Shown one piece after another: positions 37,448 through 50,482 of a stretch of 64,000 nucleotides of DNA. Location of the stretch: the NCBI GenBank assembly GCA_026770705.1, contig JANJGN010000002.1, forward strand, positions 210,800,001-210,864,000, written 5' to 3'. The stretch's first letter is position 1; each line of letters opens with the position of its first letter. This DNA is from Isurus oxyrinchus. Taxonomy: Eukaryota. The notes beneath the pieces are model-generated. The model had not been told where the DNA came from. It did not search any database and saw only the letters and a program-made list of their open reading frames with translations. Both the position numbers and the translations under genes were made by a program.

Positions 37448-38334
37448 AGAGCAAATGCCATTACATGCACAGCTACTGAAAAATCTGTCCCTTTGTAACC
37501 ACAACTTAAGGAAAGATCAAAGTGCTGAACCTGTTTGGAACTTCTCTGAGTTATGTCCAGCAAATACAGTTAATTTAACATGACTGTATACCTCTTTTCT
37601 ACGTGGCTAGCCCATTTGGTTTTTAAACAATTCTGTGTGTAGTAGCGGTGGTTGGGTTGGAGGTTGGGGTAGTGGAGGGGGTGGGTGGAAAGTGGGCTTG
37701 CTCTGTCCATTCTTTGCATTTTATCCCACTAGCTGCTCCTTATTTATTTAAAAACATATATTTCTTTAAGGCTTTTGTACATTTTTATTATTGGGTTTCC
37801 CATGGGACTTTTTAAGAATGCAGGAGGGAGTGGCTACAGACTGGAGAGTAATGTTTTTGATACTAGCGGATGAACATTCAACATGTTCCAATACAACTCC
37901 CTGGCCCTGCTTTAATGCAGACATTAACCAGTTTATTTTAAATGGGTTAATGATCTTACAAATATACTGGACAGAGGATTGTCATATAAACACATTACGC
38001 ATTTGTCCACTAATATCACAAATGCTAATCTCCATGTTTATGTGTCTAATGTTTCTGGTGTTTCAGAATGTTTGTGCTGACAAAACATCCAATTTCCAGG
38101 GAGTGACATCTATATGTGGTTCTCCCACTTTTACGATATGTCTACTGTGCCATTCCCTGTATTTGCATTGGTCTCCAGAGATCTACAGAGAGAAAATACA
38201 TGGGATTAGTGAATAAAGAACCCTGTGAAATGTAGCACCTATTGGTATTTATACATTCACTTCTTCACACATTTTCCTGAACGCACTTTAGCAGCACATT
38301 AGAAAAATACAAATTTGCTGCCAGTTAGCAGCTA

Positions 38335-38392
38335 GTTTTCTCCACAGATGCTAACTGACCTGCTGTATGTTTCCAGCATGTTCTGCTTTCAT
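38335..38392 (+). mobile_element. Old PLE terminal-repeat fragment
   Basis: tctccacagatgctaactgacctgctgtatgtttccagcatgttctg matches the PLE tail. Confidence 0.6.
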
Positions 38393-38419
38393 CACAGGTT
38401 AAACATATACAAGATCAAC

Positions 38420-39220
38420 ACAGAAGGAGACCATCATGCCAGTGCCAGCTCATGTGGATATTGGTTGGAATCTTGTGAGCCCTCAAGGGTATTGCCTGTC
38501 GGCTGGAGAGCCGGAAAGAGGCCTATGCTGCCTCTTTTCTGGAAGGCCTGCCGAACCACATGCCAACCAGGCAGTGGTGAGGCCAGTTGCAGGCCTTTCT
38601 CTGGAATCAGGCCCCCTGGAGCAGAAGTCTCTCCCAATGAGAGCTGCTGGCCAATCACAGTCCAAAAGCTCTTGCGCTCAGCAGTGCCACGAAGGAGACT
38701 GTGGCTGCTGCCAAAAGTACAAGCAGTGGGGTCCTAGATTATGAGGTGACCCAGAGTAAAGGTAAATGATGATGTGGTGGAGGGGGCTGGTTTCTTAGGG
38801 TGGGGCCGCAGGGAAAGGAAGACAGAGAGGGTCGGAAGCAAGGACAGGGGAGTGGCTCTCAGCAGCCCCCCTTTCCCGATGTCTAGTCCCTCGCTCAGGC
38901 ACTGAGTGCTTTTGATCAAGGGACATCCCCCCTGGAGGTGACGAGCTGCCAGTTGGGTAGTCGTTGTTGCACAAGCTGCGTGGCGATGGGCCTGCCTGCA
39001 GCTAGGTTAATCCCAGTGGTGGTGGGATGAGGCCCTTTAGTGGTCATTAATTGACCAGTCAAGGGCCTCAATCAATGGCAGGGCAGCAAGGTAGGCCACG
39101 GGTCTTCCTGCCCAGAACTTAATTCAGGCAAAGGCAGGAACATGGCAGGATTCAGGTATGCCACAATTCCGCCTAGGTACATGCCCTTCCTGCACCCCCA
39201 ATCTCGTCACCGCCCGTTGC
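38420..39220. mobile_element. GC-rich MITE-like element (family of 53141-54553 and 62690-63350)
   Basis: Shared blocks gcagaagtc.c..c..tgagagctgc.ggcc and cccc.tt.ccc.atg.c..gtccctc. Confidence 0.55.
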
Positions 39221-40019
39221 CTCTAATCCCATTTCTGCCCTTTTCCCTTTTAATTTTAGCAGCCATTTGTGGTAGAGCATTCCTTGTTCTAATACTCTGG
39301 TGTGAAAATAAATGTTTAGCTTTTGATGTGATTTTCTTCTTGATAATCTTAAATCTATGTTCACTTATCACTGACTTGACAACCAGCTAAGATTTTTACT
39401 CTTAAGATCATTTTTTTTATGTTAACGACTTAAATTTTGGAATAATTTTAAAAGAAATCTATAAAACACAATATTTTGAGCCTTTCTTCACAGTTACATC
39501 CTCTCATTCCAGGCCATTTTCCAGTTTTTCTTCATATTATCCTTTCTATGGGTATAATACTACTCCTATACTGGGGTGCTGAAAACCCACTATGGCCCAA
39601 CCAATACCTTACATAAATTCAATATTACTTTTCCTGCTCATGTTTTCACTGGTCCTAGGTGTAAAATCCAGAATCCTCTTTTTCTTTCTGCTTTGTTACA
39701 GTCTTCTACCTGCTCTTCCACAATTGAAGAGCTATATATCTGCAGCATTAGATTTTCTCTTTATTCCTCTGATTACTTCCTTTCGTCCTTTTTCACAAAA
39801 TGCACTATTTCACATTTCAATGCATTAAACTGTATATATCTGCTCACAACAGTAAAATAATTATTCCCTTTGTATTCCTTCTCACTGTTGTCATACCTTC
39901 TAATTGGTATCATAAACATACATCAGTTCCACCCCCAGCTTATGCCTACATACAGTGAGGAAGTTGGGGAGCGGGCAGGGGCTGGAGGGGGAAATGGTGG
40001 TATATCAAATACCAAAGAA

Positions 40020-40780
40020 TAATGAAACATGATACAAGAAGGCATTAGAATATTAGAAATTCTGCAGATTAGGCTGTTAAGTGACAAATGAACTTTAAAA
40101 TATATAAATGTGAGGGGATGCACTTTGGTAGGAAAAATGAAACATCAACCATACCTTAGGAAATAAGAAACTGAATAGGTAGAAAATAAGAAACTAAGTA
40201 GGTAGAAGAGCAAAGGGATCAGGGTGACAGGTGAACAAATTATTAAAAGTAGCATTGAAAGTCAGCAAAGCAATTAAAATGCTAACAAAGCACTGGTATT
40301 TTTTTTTCTAGGGACATAAAATTCATAAGTGGTCAGGTTTTGTTACAGCTATTGGAAAAGATTGAATGGGTTGAGTTTTTACCTCCAGAAAAGGGAAGAC
40401 TTAGAGGTGACCTAGGAAAAGCCTTTACAATTATGAATGAGCTGGACGGGGTAGATGTAGAGAGAATGTTTCCACTTTTGGGAGAATCCAAAGGTTAGGG
40501 GCCATAAAGTCAAGTTATTTAGCAACAATTCCAATAGGGTAATAAGGGGAAATTTCTTTACTCAGTGAGTTAGAATGTGGAACTCATCACCATAGAAACT
40601 GGTTGAAATAAATAAGTCTCAAAAGAAAACTAGACATGTAGATGATAGAAAACAGAGCAGTACGATATGCTGAGATGAGTTGGATGGAATGGGAGGAGAC
40701 TGTGTGGAGTATAAACACCATCCAGACTAGTTGGGACAAATGTCCTATTTCTGTGCATATATTCCATGTAATAGTTGACT
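40020..40780 (+). mobile_element. Old CR1 3' fragment (a second old CR1 piece lies on minus at ~39400-39900)
   Basis: atgcactttggtagga, agacttagaggtgaccta, gagttagaatgtggaactc, tcctatttctgtgc: CR1 3' landmarks. Confidence 0.65.
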
Positions 40781-41289
40781 TAAATAAATGGAAAATGAAA
40801 AAGGATTCTGCATAAATCCCTGGGGCACACCACCATCCATGCCCCACCATTCGAAAAGTCATCCAGTTGTTCATAGGCTCTTCCGATCTGGGTTACGTGC
40901 GTGTTCAGCAGAGGGAGAGAAAATAATTTTTTAAGTCTCTGGTTAGCTAAAGAGCCAAACATGATCTGAAATTCCATCATTGTTGCTGACTGATAAAGCA
41001 ATGGTTTGTAAGTAAAATGGATTTGATAAGAATCAACACCAACAGCAAGCTTAAAAGAACTGAGTTAGTCCTGTAATCATCATATGATTCATTTATATTT
41101 ATACCATGATAATAAATCTCTGAAATCTTTTATTAGATATTATTTGCCTTTGGAGAGTGTTCATGTCATAATTAATTCTTCAAGTCCCTATTCAAACTTG
41201 CAATCTGGCTCAATGAGCTACTTTCTGCCATTCATAAGCTGCTTTGCAGAAGCTAAGGCCTTATTTTCCCTGAATTGCACTAAGTGCAG

Positions 41290-43790
41290 TGGCGGGCGTG
41301 AAAAAGGACATTTTTCCCACCAGCCGCAATGGTGGGTTTTTGCGCTGTATCATCCGCTTCCCATATCATTAATTATGCAGCCACAGAAAACACTCTGTAT
41401 CGCTGGCAGACGGCCTCTGAATCACCCACCATGCTATCACATTGTTTCCACACTCCAGGTGCCTTGTCTAAACTGCAGCTGCTCACACAGTTCTCTATGA
41501 TTGCAGCCCAGGACTGCTCCAGTGAAGACATGACCCCAAAGGCCAAGAAGAGTTGAGTGATATATCTCTGGAATGCCTTTTGGAGGCCTGCTACAATGCC
41601 CTCTACCCATCTCTGGCTGCAGGAGGTCCAGCAATCTCACCACTCTGGCTTGGGAAGCAGTGGCAGTGGTGGTTAGTGCCAATGCTGCACAGAAGAGGTT
41701 GGCCATCTAGTGCAGAAAGAGGATGAATGATCACATCAGTGCTGTCAGGGCAAGGCAGCCATCTCATCACTCTAAATTCACACTCTGTAAATTGATGGAA
41801 GGGGTCATCAACAGTGCTTTCAAGCAGCACATGCTTGGCAATAGCCTGCTCACTGACGTTCAGTTTGGATTCCTGACCCCATTACATCCTTGGTTCAAAC
41901 ATGAATGAAAGAGTTGAACTCCAGAAGTGAGGCAAGAGTGACTGCCCTTAACATCAAGGCAGCATTTGACCAAGTGAGGCATCAAGGAGCCCTAGCAAAA
42001 CCAGGGGCAATGGGAATCAGAGGGAAAGCTCTCCACTAGTTGGCGTCATACCTAGCACAAAGGGAGACAATTGTGGTTGTTGGAGGTCAATCATCTCAGT
42101 TCAAAGACATCACTGCAGGAGTTCCTCAGGGTAGTGTCCAAGGTCCAACAATCTTCAGCTGCTTCATCAATGACTTTCCTTCCGTCATAAGGTCAGAAGT
42201 GGATTGTTCACTGATGATTGCGCAATGTTCAGCACCATTTGCATCTCCTCAGATAATGAAGCAGTCCATGTCCAAATGCAGCCAGACTTGGACAATATCC
42301 AGGCTTGGGCTGACAAGTGGCCATTGACATTCATGCCACACAGTGTCAGGCAATGCCGAACTCCAACAAGAGAGAATCTAACCATCGCCCCTTGACATTC
42401 AATGGCATTACCATCACTGAATTTGCCACTATCAACATCCTGGGGGTTACCATTGACCAGAAACTGAATTGGATTAGTCACATAAATACTGTGGCTACAA
42501 GAGCAGGTCAGAGGCTAGGAATCCTAGAACTCACATCCTGACTCCTCAAAGCCTGTCTGCCATCTACAAGGCATAAGTCAGGGAGTGCGATGGAATATTC
42601 TCCACTTGTCTGGATGAGTGCAACTCCAACGACACTCAAGAAGCTTGACACCATCTAGGACAAAGAAGCCCAGTTGATTGGCACCCCATCTACAAACATT
42701 CACTCCCTTCATCACTGATGCACAGTGGTAGCAGTGTATACCATCTACACGATGCACTGCAGGAATTCACCAAGCCTCCTTGGACAGCATTTTCTAAATC
42801 ACTGTTACCATCTGGAAGGACAAGAGCAGCAGACACATGGGAACACCACCACCTGGAAGTTCACCTCCAGGCCACTCACCATCCTGACTTGGAAATATAT
42901 CACCGTCCTTCACTGTCACTGGGTCAAAATCCTGCAGCTCCTTCCCTAACAACACTTTGGGTGTACCTACACCACGTGGACTGCAGCGATTCAAGAAGGC
43001 AGCTCACCACCACTTTCTCAAAGGCAATTAGGGATGGGCAATAAATGCTGGCCAAACCAACAACACCCACATCCTGTGAATGAATAAAAAAAAACTGACA
43101 AGGCCATTACACATTCACTGGCATCTCACTAATTGCCAGCTGAAGGAACATCACCATTCACTCACACCCTCACATCTCCGTCTGGCCTCATCCCCTCTGG
43201 ACACTGCCTCCTCAGCCCTCACCATCTTGAGGTCACTTGCACAAATCAATATGTTTCCCCACATACACCCTGGGATAATCCCCATCCCCAAGCAAGCCCT
43301 AGCCCTGCAGCTGTTGAAAAGCCAACGCCCCCCTTCACCACTAGTCTGGTAGGTAGAGACCTGCCCATGAACCCTGCTAATCACGATACGGTGATGCCTG
43401 CGAAGCCTAGCACTAATGACTGCGAGTGCTGCCTAAAATAAAGTATGCAAACTAACCTCAAAGTCTCAAGTGAAGTGCAGGTCATGAAGTGCACATTGCT
43501 TATGTACTGTTGTGAAACACGGCATGCAATCATGCCAACATGAGCTCGTGATCCAGTATGAGGAGGGAAGGGTGTGGTTCCAGCAAGCAGAGCTTGTAAT
43601 GAGATGCTAAAGTATTAAAATTAGGTTCCCGACATGCTGCGGCAGGAAATGTAGCTCGTCATTGACAGGTGGAGCAGATGATCACAAACTGGTTTTACGA
43701 AGATGTGAAACCAATTTTTGCCGTCCCCTGATATTTTCCGCTCCCGTCCGTTATGATGCCCACCACACACGGGAGCAGAAAATCTCATCT
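41290..43790 (+). mobile_element. Harbinger-derived element with Myb/SANT-like remnant, interrupted by a LINE
   Basis: Remnant ...LYP...AWEAVAVVVSANAAQKRLAI*CRKRMND at ~41600-41730; right terminus gcagaaaatctc near 43780. Confidence 0.55.
41785..43094 (+). mobile_element. 5'-truncated L2/CR1-like LINE with TGAA/poly-A tail
   Basis: RT GVPQGSVQGPTIFSCFIND, MFTDDC, QAWADKW; tail gggatgggcaataaatgctggcc...tgaatgaataaaaaaaaa. Confidence 0.88.
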
Positions 43791-43799
43791 TAAATGTTA

Positions 43800-44990
43800 G
43801 TGTTGTAATTTGGAGAAAGAGAGAAAACAGAGGTAAACGGGAAAAAGGAGAGGCAGGAATAGCCCTGTAGTGGATAAAGAAACATAGCTGCTTCCCTAAT
43901 GCCAGAATGAAGGACATCAAAAAGCAATTGGAGAAACTTGGAGGGGAGGGCAAATAGCCCCATGGTACCAGGTAGCTGTACATTTGAGCTCCTGTAGAGG
44001 GATTTAAAGGAACTAGATTGAAAACCAAGACCTCAGGGATGGTATTTTTCAGATTGATTGATATGCCACATGTTGGACAGGTTAACAAGAAGGAGCTTAA
44101 CCTGTGGCTGCAGGGCTGATTTAAGAGGGAAAGGTAAGACAAAATGGAATGAGAAAACTAAGAAAAAGGGAAGGTCCTTGTTCAAATAAGTTAGAGCACA
44201 TACTTTGTGTGTTAAATTGACAAAGATTTAACAACAGAATTGGAGTGTCAGGAGCCATTAATAATTGTGAAGAGGTAGATATTAAGAGGTGGCTTAATGT
44301 CTGAATAGGACTAGTAATGGAGTGAGGTGATGGTGTAGTGGTATTGTTGCTGGTTTCACATCTTTTGTGAAACTAGTAATCCAGAGACTCAGGGTTGCTC
44401 CGCCCTGGGTTCAAATCCCATCATGGCAAATGGTGGAATTTGAATTCAATAAAAATCTGGATGACTATGAAACCATTGTTGATTGTCTATCTGGTTCACT
44501 AATGTCCTTTAGGGAAGGAAATCTGCCATCCTTACCTGCTCTGGCCTACATGTTACTCCAGACCCACAGCAATGTGGTTGACTCTTTAAATGCCCTCTGA
44601 AGGGCAATTTGGGATGGGCAATAAATGCTGGTAATCCCATGAATGAATTTTAAAAAAGCTTGAATGTTCCCGGATAAAGAAACATAGCTGCTTCCCTAAT
44701 GTCCAGAGTGAAGGACATCACATCTGTTGTAATATTTTCAGTAAAAAAATAGGGGAAGTAAAAGGTGAGCAGGGTGGCATCATGAGTGAAGGGTTTCATC
44801 ACTCACTATAAAGCAAGATATGGTTGCTGTGATAAATTAGAATTCATATTGATAAAGATAGGAGATAAGAGAAATGGTTGGTTTGGATTTTAACTGAAAT
44901 AGAGCTGGAGATCAGATCTACAGACAGTTCAGGAAGATATGTCAGAACAAAGGCCAATGTTATCTGGCAATCGTAACCATCCAAGACTGG
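43800..44990 (+). mobile_element. Very old CR1 ORF1/ORF2-junction remnant
   Basis: CFPNARMKDI resembles the CR1 esterase CLPGARVKDI; LNVPG resembles the APE domain. Confidence 0.4.
44323..44657 (+). mobile_element. tRNA-derived SINE with LINE-shared 3' tail
   Basis: A box tggtgtagtgg, B box ggttcaaatcc; tail gggatgggcaataaatgctgg...catgaatgaa matches the LINE tail at 43030-43090. Confidence 0.85.
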
Positions 44991-44991
44991 A

Positions 44992-45290
44992 TTTTTTTAA
45001 ATTTGTTTTTGGGATGTGGGCATCCATTTTATTTTTTTAGAGGGCATTTAAGAGTCAACCACATTGCTGTGGGCCTGGAGTCTCACAAGTAGGCTAGAAG
45101 GCAATAATTGAACTAGATGGGGATTTTTAACAACAATCGGCAATGGTTTCATGGTCATCATCAGACTTTTAATTCCAGAGTTTTTTATTGAATTCAAATT
45201 CCACCATCTGCTGGACTCATGAACCCAGGTCCCAAAGCATTACCCTGGGTTTCTGGATTACTGATCGAATGACAATACCACTACACCTCC
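44992..45290 (-). mobile_element. Same SINE family, opposite orientation
   Basis: ttattgaattcaaattccaccat, agagtcaaccacattgctgtggg, ctggattact are reverse complements of the 44.3-kb SINE. Confidence 0.8.
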
Positions 45291-46134
45291 TCTAATGAAG
45301 TTAATGCTGGTGGTCAAAGTGGATGAGGAAGCCGGACAGATGTTCTGCTTTCCAGAATGATTTCAATGCTGCTGCTCTCTTTAGAAGTAATGCTTGATTT
45401 AATTCAACAAAGAACTGGCAGTTCAAATATAAAACTGCTGAACTGTTCTCACTGACTTGAAACATTGGGGGTATTTTTAAATGTGGGGGTGGGTGGTGGT
45501 CAAAGTTAAAATGGAAAGCTGCCTCACAATACACCCATATTTGGTTTTAACAGATTGGGAGATAAGCTACCAACCTGCTCTCAAATGGTGGGTCCGTTAT
45601 TTAAATATGTTAGTGAGGCTGTGTGCCTCAAATTTTACCAAAGTTTCACCCTTAACCCCTATATGCCAGATTTCCCAGAGCTCAGGACCCGAGATGCTGA
45701 AAGAAGGGACGCAGGGCTAGATCTATCAGGAAAGTGCCTTTCCACAACTGCTTGCAGGCCAGGAGGAGCAGGGTTACTGTCCCCAGTCCCATCTGTTTCT
45801 CCTCCCTCTGCCAACCTCTGAGCAGCCACAGACACCAGGATCTGCCTCTCTCAACCTCAGGCTCCCAGCCACAACGTATCCTGTTCTATCCATGAGATCT
45901 CTACCAACCCATGATTTCCCTCCTCTCTCCTTTCTGCTCCCCAGCTGGAGCCTTTCAGCGTAGGCCTTCCCACCTGACAGCCACCGCCTGAGAAATGGAG
46001 ACTCAAAAACAAATGGGTTATGTTGTTAAATTCAGCAGGATCTCTGCGTTACCTGTGTTTCTTGGACGTTGACTTCCATCCTCACTGTCTCCCTGCCTCT
46101 GCCCAACTTTTGGGGCCATTAACTCTTACATTTA

Positions 46135-47124
46135 GGCCCAGATGTTTGCCATGATGGAGAGCTGCTCTGACATGGTGAAAATCCCAGAAATGGCCGAATT
46201 TTCTGAGTCCCGCCCTCGAACACATCATCTCCCATCTTCATGGGAAGAGACTGAAGTTGTGCCGGCGGGTTCATGCATGCGCAAATTGAAGGCTTCTGGC
46301 CATTTAAATCACCTGTTGCCTCCACTGACTTCCAATTTTTGAACTCCAGCTGCATGATTCCCAGAGTATGCAGAGCAACCAGTTAAGAGGTCTGAACTTG
46401 GAGGATTTGTTTGGATAGCCAGGGTAGCCATTTGGTGAGATAAGGTACCCCTTTGGATTTAGTCTTGGTACACCTTTGGGAGAGGTAAGGGACCCTTTGG
46501 GAATTTTAGAAGTAAACATGATTATGCACTTGTTAAACATAAACTAATTGGAACTATCCATCTGTTAAGGAGCTGTTCAGCCATCCAGCAAGTGTCAAAG
46601 CTGTCCAGGAAGTGTCAAAGGATACTTGTTGAAATGGCATGGAGGGGGTAAGGGGCAAAAGATCCTGCTGAATTTAACAACATCATCTGTGTTGGGAGCT
46701 TGGATTTGCATGAGTTGCCACAAAATTGACATGAGGTTATGAGGGGCCATGGGGAATGGGTAGAGGGACATGAGGTGACATGGGTTGGCATGGACATAAG
46801 GAGTGTGTGTAGGGGGTGAAGGCTAGAGAGATGTTTTATTGTCTTATTTTTAAAAATTCATTTAAACATCATGCTGGAACAAAGAGGCAGGCCTTGTGCC
46901 CAGCCCGCCTCAGCACTTGGAAGCCTCTGCATATTTTCCAGTATTGCTGCCCCGACCCTATTTCAGCCCATCCCCACCACCACCACCAACACCACCACCA
47001 CCAAACCAACCCCCCCCCCCTCCACCACCCCGGCTGAAAATCCGAGCAGCAGGCATACATTTTTAAAAATTGGGTTCGCCAAGCCATGCAAACTCTCAAT
47101 GACCTGGGAAGGAAAATCAGGGCC
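46135..47124. mobile_element. Harbinger/Tourist-like MITE
   Basis: TIRs tta|ggcccagatgttt ... aaaatcagggcc|taa. Confidence 0.65.
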
Positions 47125-47444
47125 TAAATGTTTCCAACTTTTTCCATTTTACAATAGCTCATCACATGTATAGAGTCTTTATCATATGGCAAAGAAGGAG
47201 ATCATTCAGTCCATTGTAACCTGTGTTGGCTCTTTGAAAGAACAGCCCCCTGAGGTTTCCCCTTAACCCTGCAAATGTTTCCTTTTCAAGCAGATATTCA
47301 ATTCCATTTTGAAAATTTTACTTTTGAATCTGCTTCCACAACCCTTTCAGGCAGTGCCTTCCAAAGCATAACAATTTATTGCATGAAAAGAAAATTCTCC
47401 TAATTTCCCCTATGGTTCTTTTGCCAAATATTTTCAGTTATACG

Positions 47445-48620
47445 TACACATGAATTAGGGGCAGGAGTAGGCTACTCAGCCCTTCGAGCCTGCTCTGCCA
47501 TTCAATAAGATCATGGCTGATCTGAATGTAACCTCAACTCCACTTGCCTGCCTACCCTGATAACCTTTCACCCTCTTGTTCATCTAGAATCTATCTAGCT
47601 CTGCCTTAAAAATATTTAAAGACTCTGCTTCCATCGCCTTTTGAGGAAGAGTCCCAAAGACTCTCAACCCTCTGAGAGAAAAAAATTCTCCTTATCTCTG
47701 TCTTAAATAAGTGACCCCTTATTTTTAAACAGTGACCCCTAGTTCTAGATTCCCCCACTAGAGGAAACAACTTCTCCACACATCCACCCTGTCAAGACCC
47801 CTCAGGATCTTAAAGGTTTCAATTAAATCATCTCTTACTCTTCTAAATTCCAGTGGATACAAGCCTAACCTGTCCAACCTTTCCTCATAAGACAACCCAC
47901 CCATTCCTGGTATTAGTCCAGTAAACCTTCTCTGAACTGCTTCAAGCGCATTTACTTCTATCTTTCAATAAGGAGACCAGTACTGTACACCATACTCCAG
48001 ATGTAGTCTCATCAGTGCCCTATGCAACTGGAGCATAATCTCCCTACTTTTGTAATCAATTCCTGTCACAATAAATTAAAACATTCTATTAGCTTTCCTA
48101 ATTACCTAATGTACCTGCATACTAACCTTTTGTGATTCACGCCCTAGGACATACAGATCCCTCGGAATCTCAGAGTTCTGCAATCTCTCACCATTTAGAT
48201 GATAAGCTTCTTTATTCTTTCTGCCAAAATTAACGATTTCACATTTTGCCCTCATTATACCCCATTTGCCAGATCTTTGCTCTCTCACTTAACTGTCTAA
48301 TGTCACTTTGTAGCCACCTTATGTCCTCTTCATAATTTACTTTCCTACCTATCTTTGTGTCGTCAGCAAATTTAGCCACTATTCCTTCGGTCCCTTAATC
48401 CAAGTCATTTATATAAATTGTAAAAAGTTGAGGCCCCAGCACTGATCCCTGTGGCACACCACTCGTTCCATCCTGCCAACCAGAAAAAGACCCATTTATC
48501 ACAACTCTCTGCTTCCTGTTAGCTAGCCAGTCTTCTATCCATGTCAATATGTAACCCCTACACCATGAGCTTTTATTTTCTGCAATAACCTTTGATGTGG
48601 CACCTTATCAAATGCCTTCT
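47445..48620 (-). mobile_element. 5'-truncated CR1 LINE
   Basis: Tail gcaggagtaggctactcagcccttcgagcc; minus-strand [10 protein letters not shown] (actgatccctgtggcacacc) and KFADDTK. Confidence 0.9.
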
Positions 48621-48694
48621 GGGTTGTCTGGTTACTGACCCTCCACCCAGTGGTATCTCCATTCTATCAAAACTTTCATAATTTTGAACATGCA

Positions 48695-49900
48695 AATTAT
48701 AGTTCACATTAAACATCTCTTCTCGACGGAAAAGAAAGAAAAGCTTGCATTTATAGAACACCTTTCCCAACCACAGAATGTTCCAAAGTGCTTTACAACC
48801 AATGAAGTGCTTTTGAAATGTAAGCCAGAATTTTATGCCCCCCCCCACTGGTGGATTTTTAGGCGGGGACAAGAGTCAAATTGAAGCGAAAGGATTCCCT
48901 TCAGGTTCCCGCCCGCCCGCCTGCCCCCGACCGCACAACGATTTTACGATGGTGTGGCAAGCCTGCCTTTGACCCAGTTGAGGCCCTTAGGGGCCATTTC
49001 CCATCCAGCCTCAATTTTTAAGCTGACGGGAAGATTGAACCTTCATTGGGGAAGACTGAAATACATCGAAGTTACATCCCGAGTGGGAAGTGGAGGGGGG
49101 AAGGTTCCTCTGACAGAGGCCCCCTTCTGAAGTTGGGGCACCCCCCCTTTAAGGTCCGGTGGTCTCCAGACCTCCTTCCCCCACCTCCCCCCACCCCCAC
49201 CCACCCCCCGGCCTCTCTCCAATGACCCCGATTGTACCACCATTCCCCCAGCAGGGCCTCCCCACCCTGGAACTCCCTGAACTTACTGGGTCTGTGGTTC
49301 CCAAATTTGTCTCTGACATCTTCTTGAACTTGCTTTTCTATCCAGTGCAATTTGTGTTGCTGCAGGGACTGGAGAGCTACCGGCCAATCAAATTGGCCGG
49401 CAACTCTCTAAGGCAGGATTTTTTCCCGAATGGGGGTGGAAGTCCTGTCTGCAGCCAATTGATGCTTGTTGGGGTGTCCATTGGCTGCGGGTCAGTTGGA
49501 GTTGGTGGGGATGTGTTCCCTACCAACTCTTCGGATGGCAGGAAACAAGAACTTGCCATCCTCAAAATTCAGGCCGTAGTGTTGTGATATAGGAAATGCT
49601 GCAGTCCATTTGAATACAGTGACCTTCCACAATTAACACTTAGATAATAACTGCATTATCTGTTTTTCATGTTGTTGGTTGAGGAATAGATATTGACCAA
49701 GATACCGGATCATTCCCCTACTTTGAGCTAGTGTCATGGGATCTTTTACATTCATGTGAGAGGGCAGACAGAGCCTCAGTTTAAATCCTCATCAGAAAGA
49801 CAACACGCCCAACAGTGCAGCACTTCCTCAGCCTGAACCTGAACCCAGAACCTCTGACTGACAGGAAAGTGTGCTACCAACTTAGCCACAGCTGACACAG
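48695..49900 (-). mobile_element. Deu-domain SINE interrupted by a MITE (48823-49575)
   Basis: Tail aagcttgcatttataga...caaagtgctttaca; Deu block gagagggcagacagagcctcagtttaa; MITE TIRs gccagaatttt / aaaattcaggc. Confidence 0.7.
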
Positions 49901-50482
49901 GGGAAACATTCCCCACTAGTCTCTCCACATAACAGAAGTCCCTCATTCCTGGTAGCGTAAACCTACTGTGCCTCTTCTATTGACATCTTTCCTAACTGGC
50001 CAATATTTATCCCTTAGCCGACAGCAGAAAAACGGGTTATCTAGTTATTATCACATAGTTGTGAGAGTTTGCTGTGTACAAATTAGTTACCAAATTCCTA
50101 TATTACTGCAACGACTACACTTCAAAAGTAATTCATTGACTGTAAAGCACTTCGAGACATCCAGTGGTCATGAAGAGTGCTATATTAGTGCAAGTCTTTC
50201 TTTCTTTTTAATGCCCAGAATTGAATGCAATGCTCCAGCTGAAGCCTAGCCAATGATTTATAAAAGTTCAGCATAACTTCCTTACTGCAATGCTTCTATT
50301 TATAAAATCAAGAATCCCAAATGCTTTTTCAATAGCCCTGTCTGGCTTGTCCTACCAACTTTAAAGTGTCTTTAATATTGGAATCAGATGATGGGTTATT
50401 GTGCTCGAGGGCAATTTATGACTTAAAGGTAACAGCTCTCTGCACAACACTGCATTGCTGACAGCTGACATCAGGAATTCAG

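Larger units (their letters stand above)
31482..37491. mobile_element. Old non-autonomous TIR element (31482-31898 plus ~37014-37491) split by the full-length CR1
   Basis: Termini gggccagattttg / aaaaatctgtccc; related sequence at ~1896-2680 and around the Gypsy (to ~60432). Confidence 0.5.

Noticed and set aside
37791-38216. 141-aa ORF with an internal tttcAG, considered as SPHKAP exon 4
   Set aside because: No similarity to the expected VCFVNLD-type peptide; no convincing donor.
44325-44425. tRNA gene
   Set aside because: A/B boxes belong to a SINE head; no cloverleaf, and the sequence continues into SINE body and tail.
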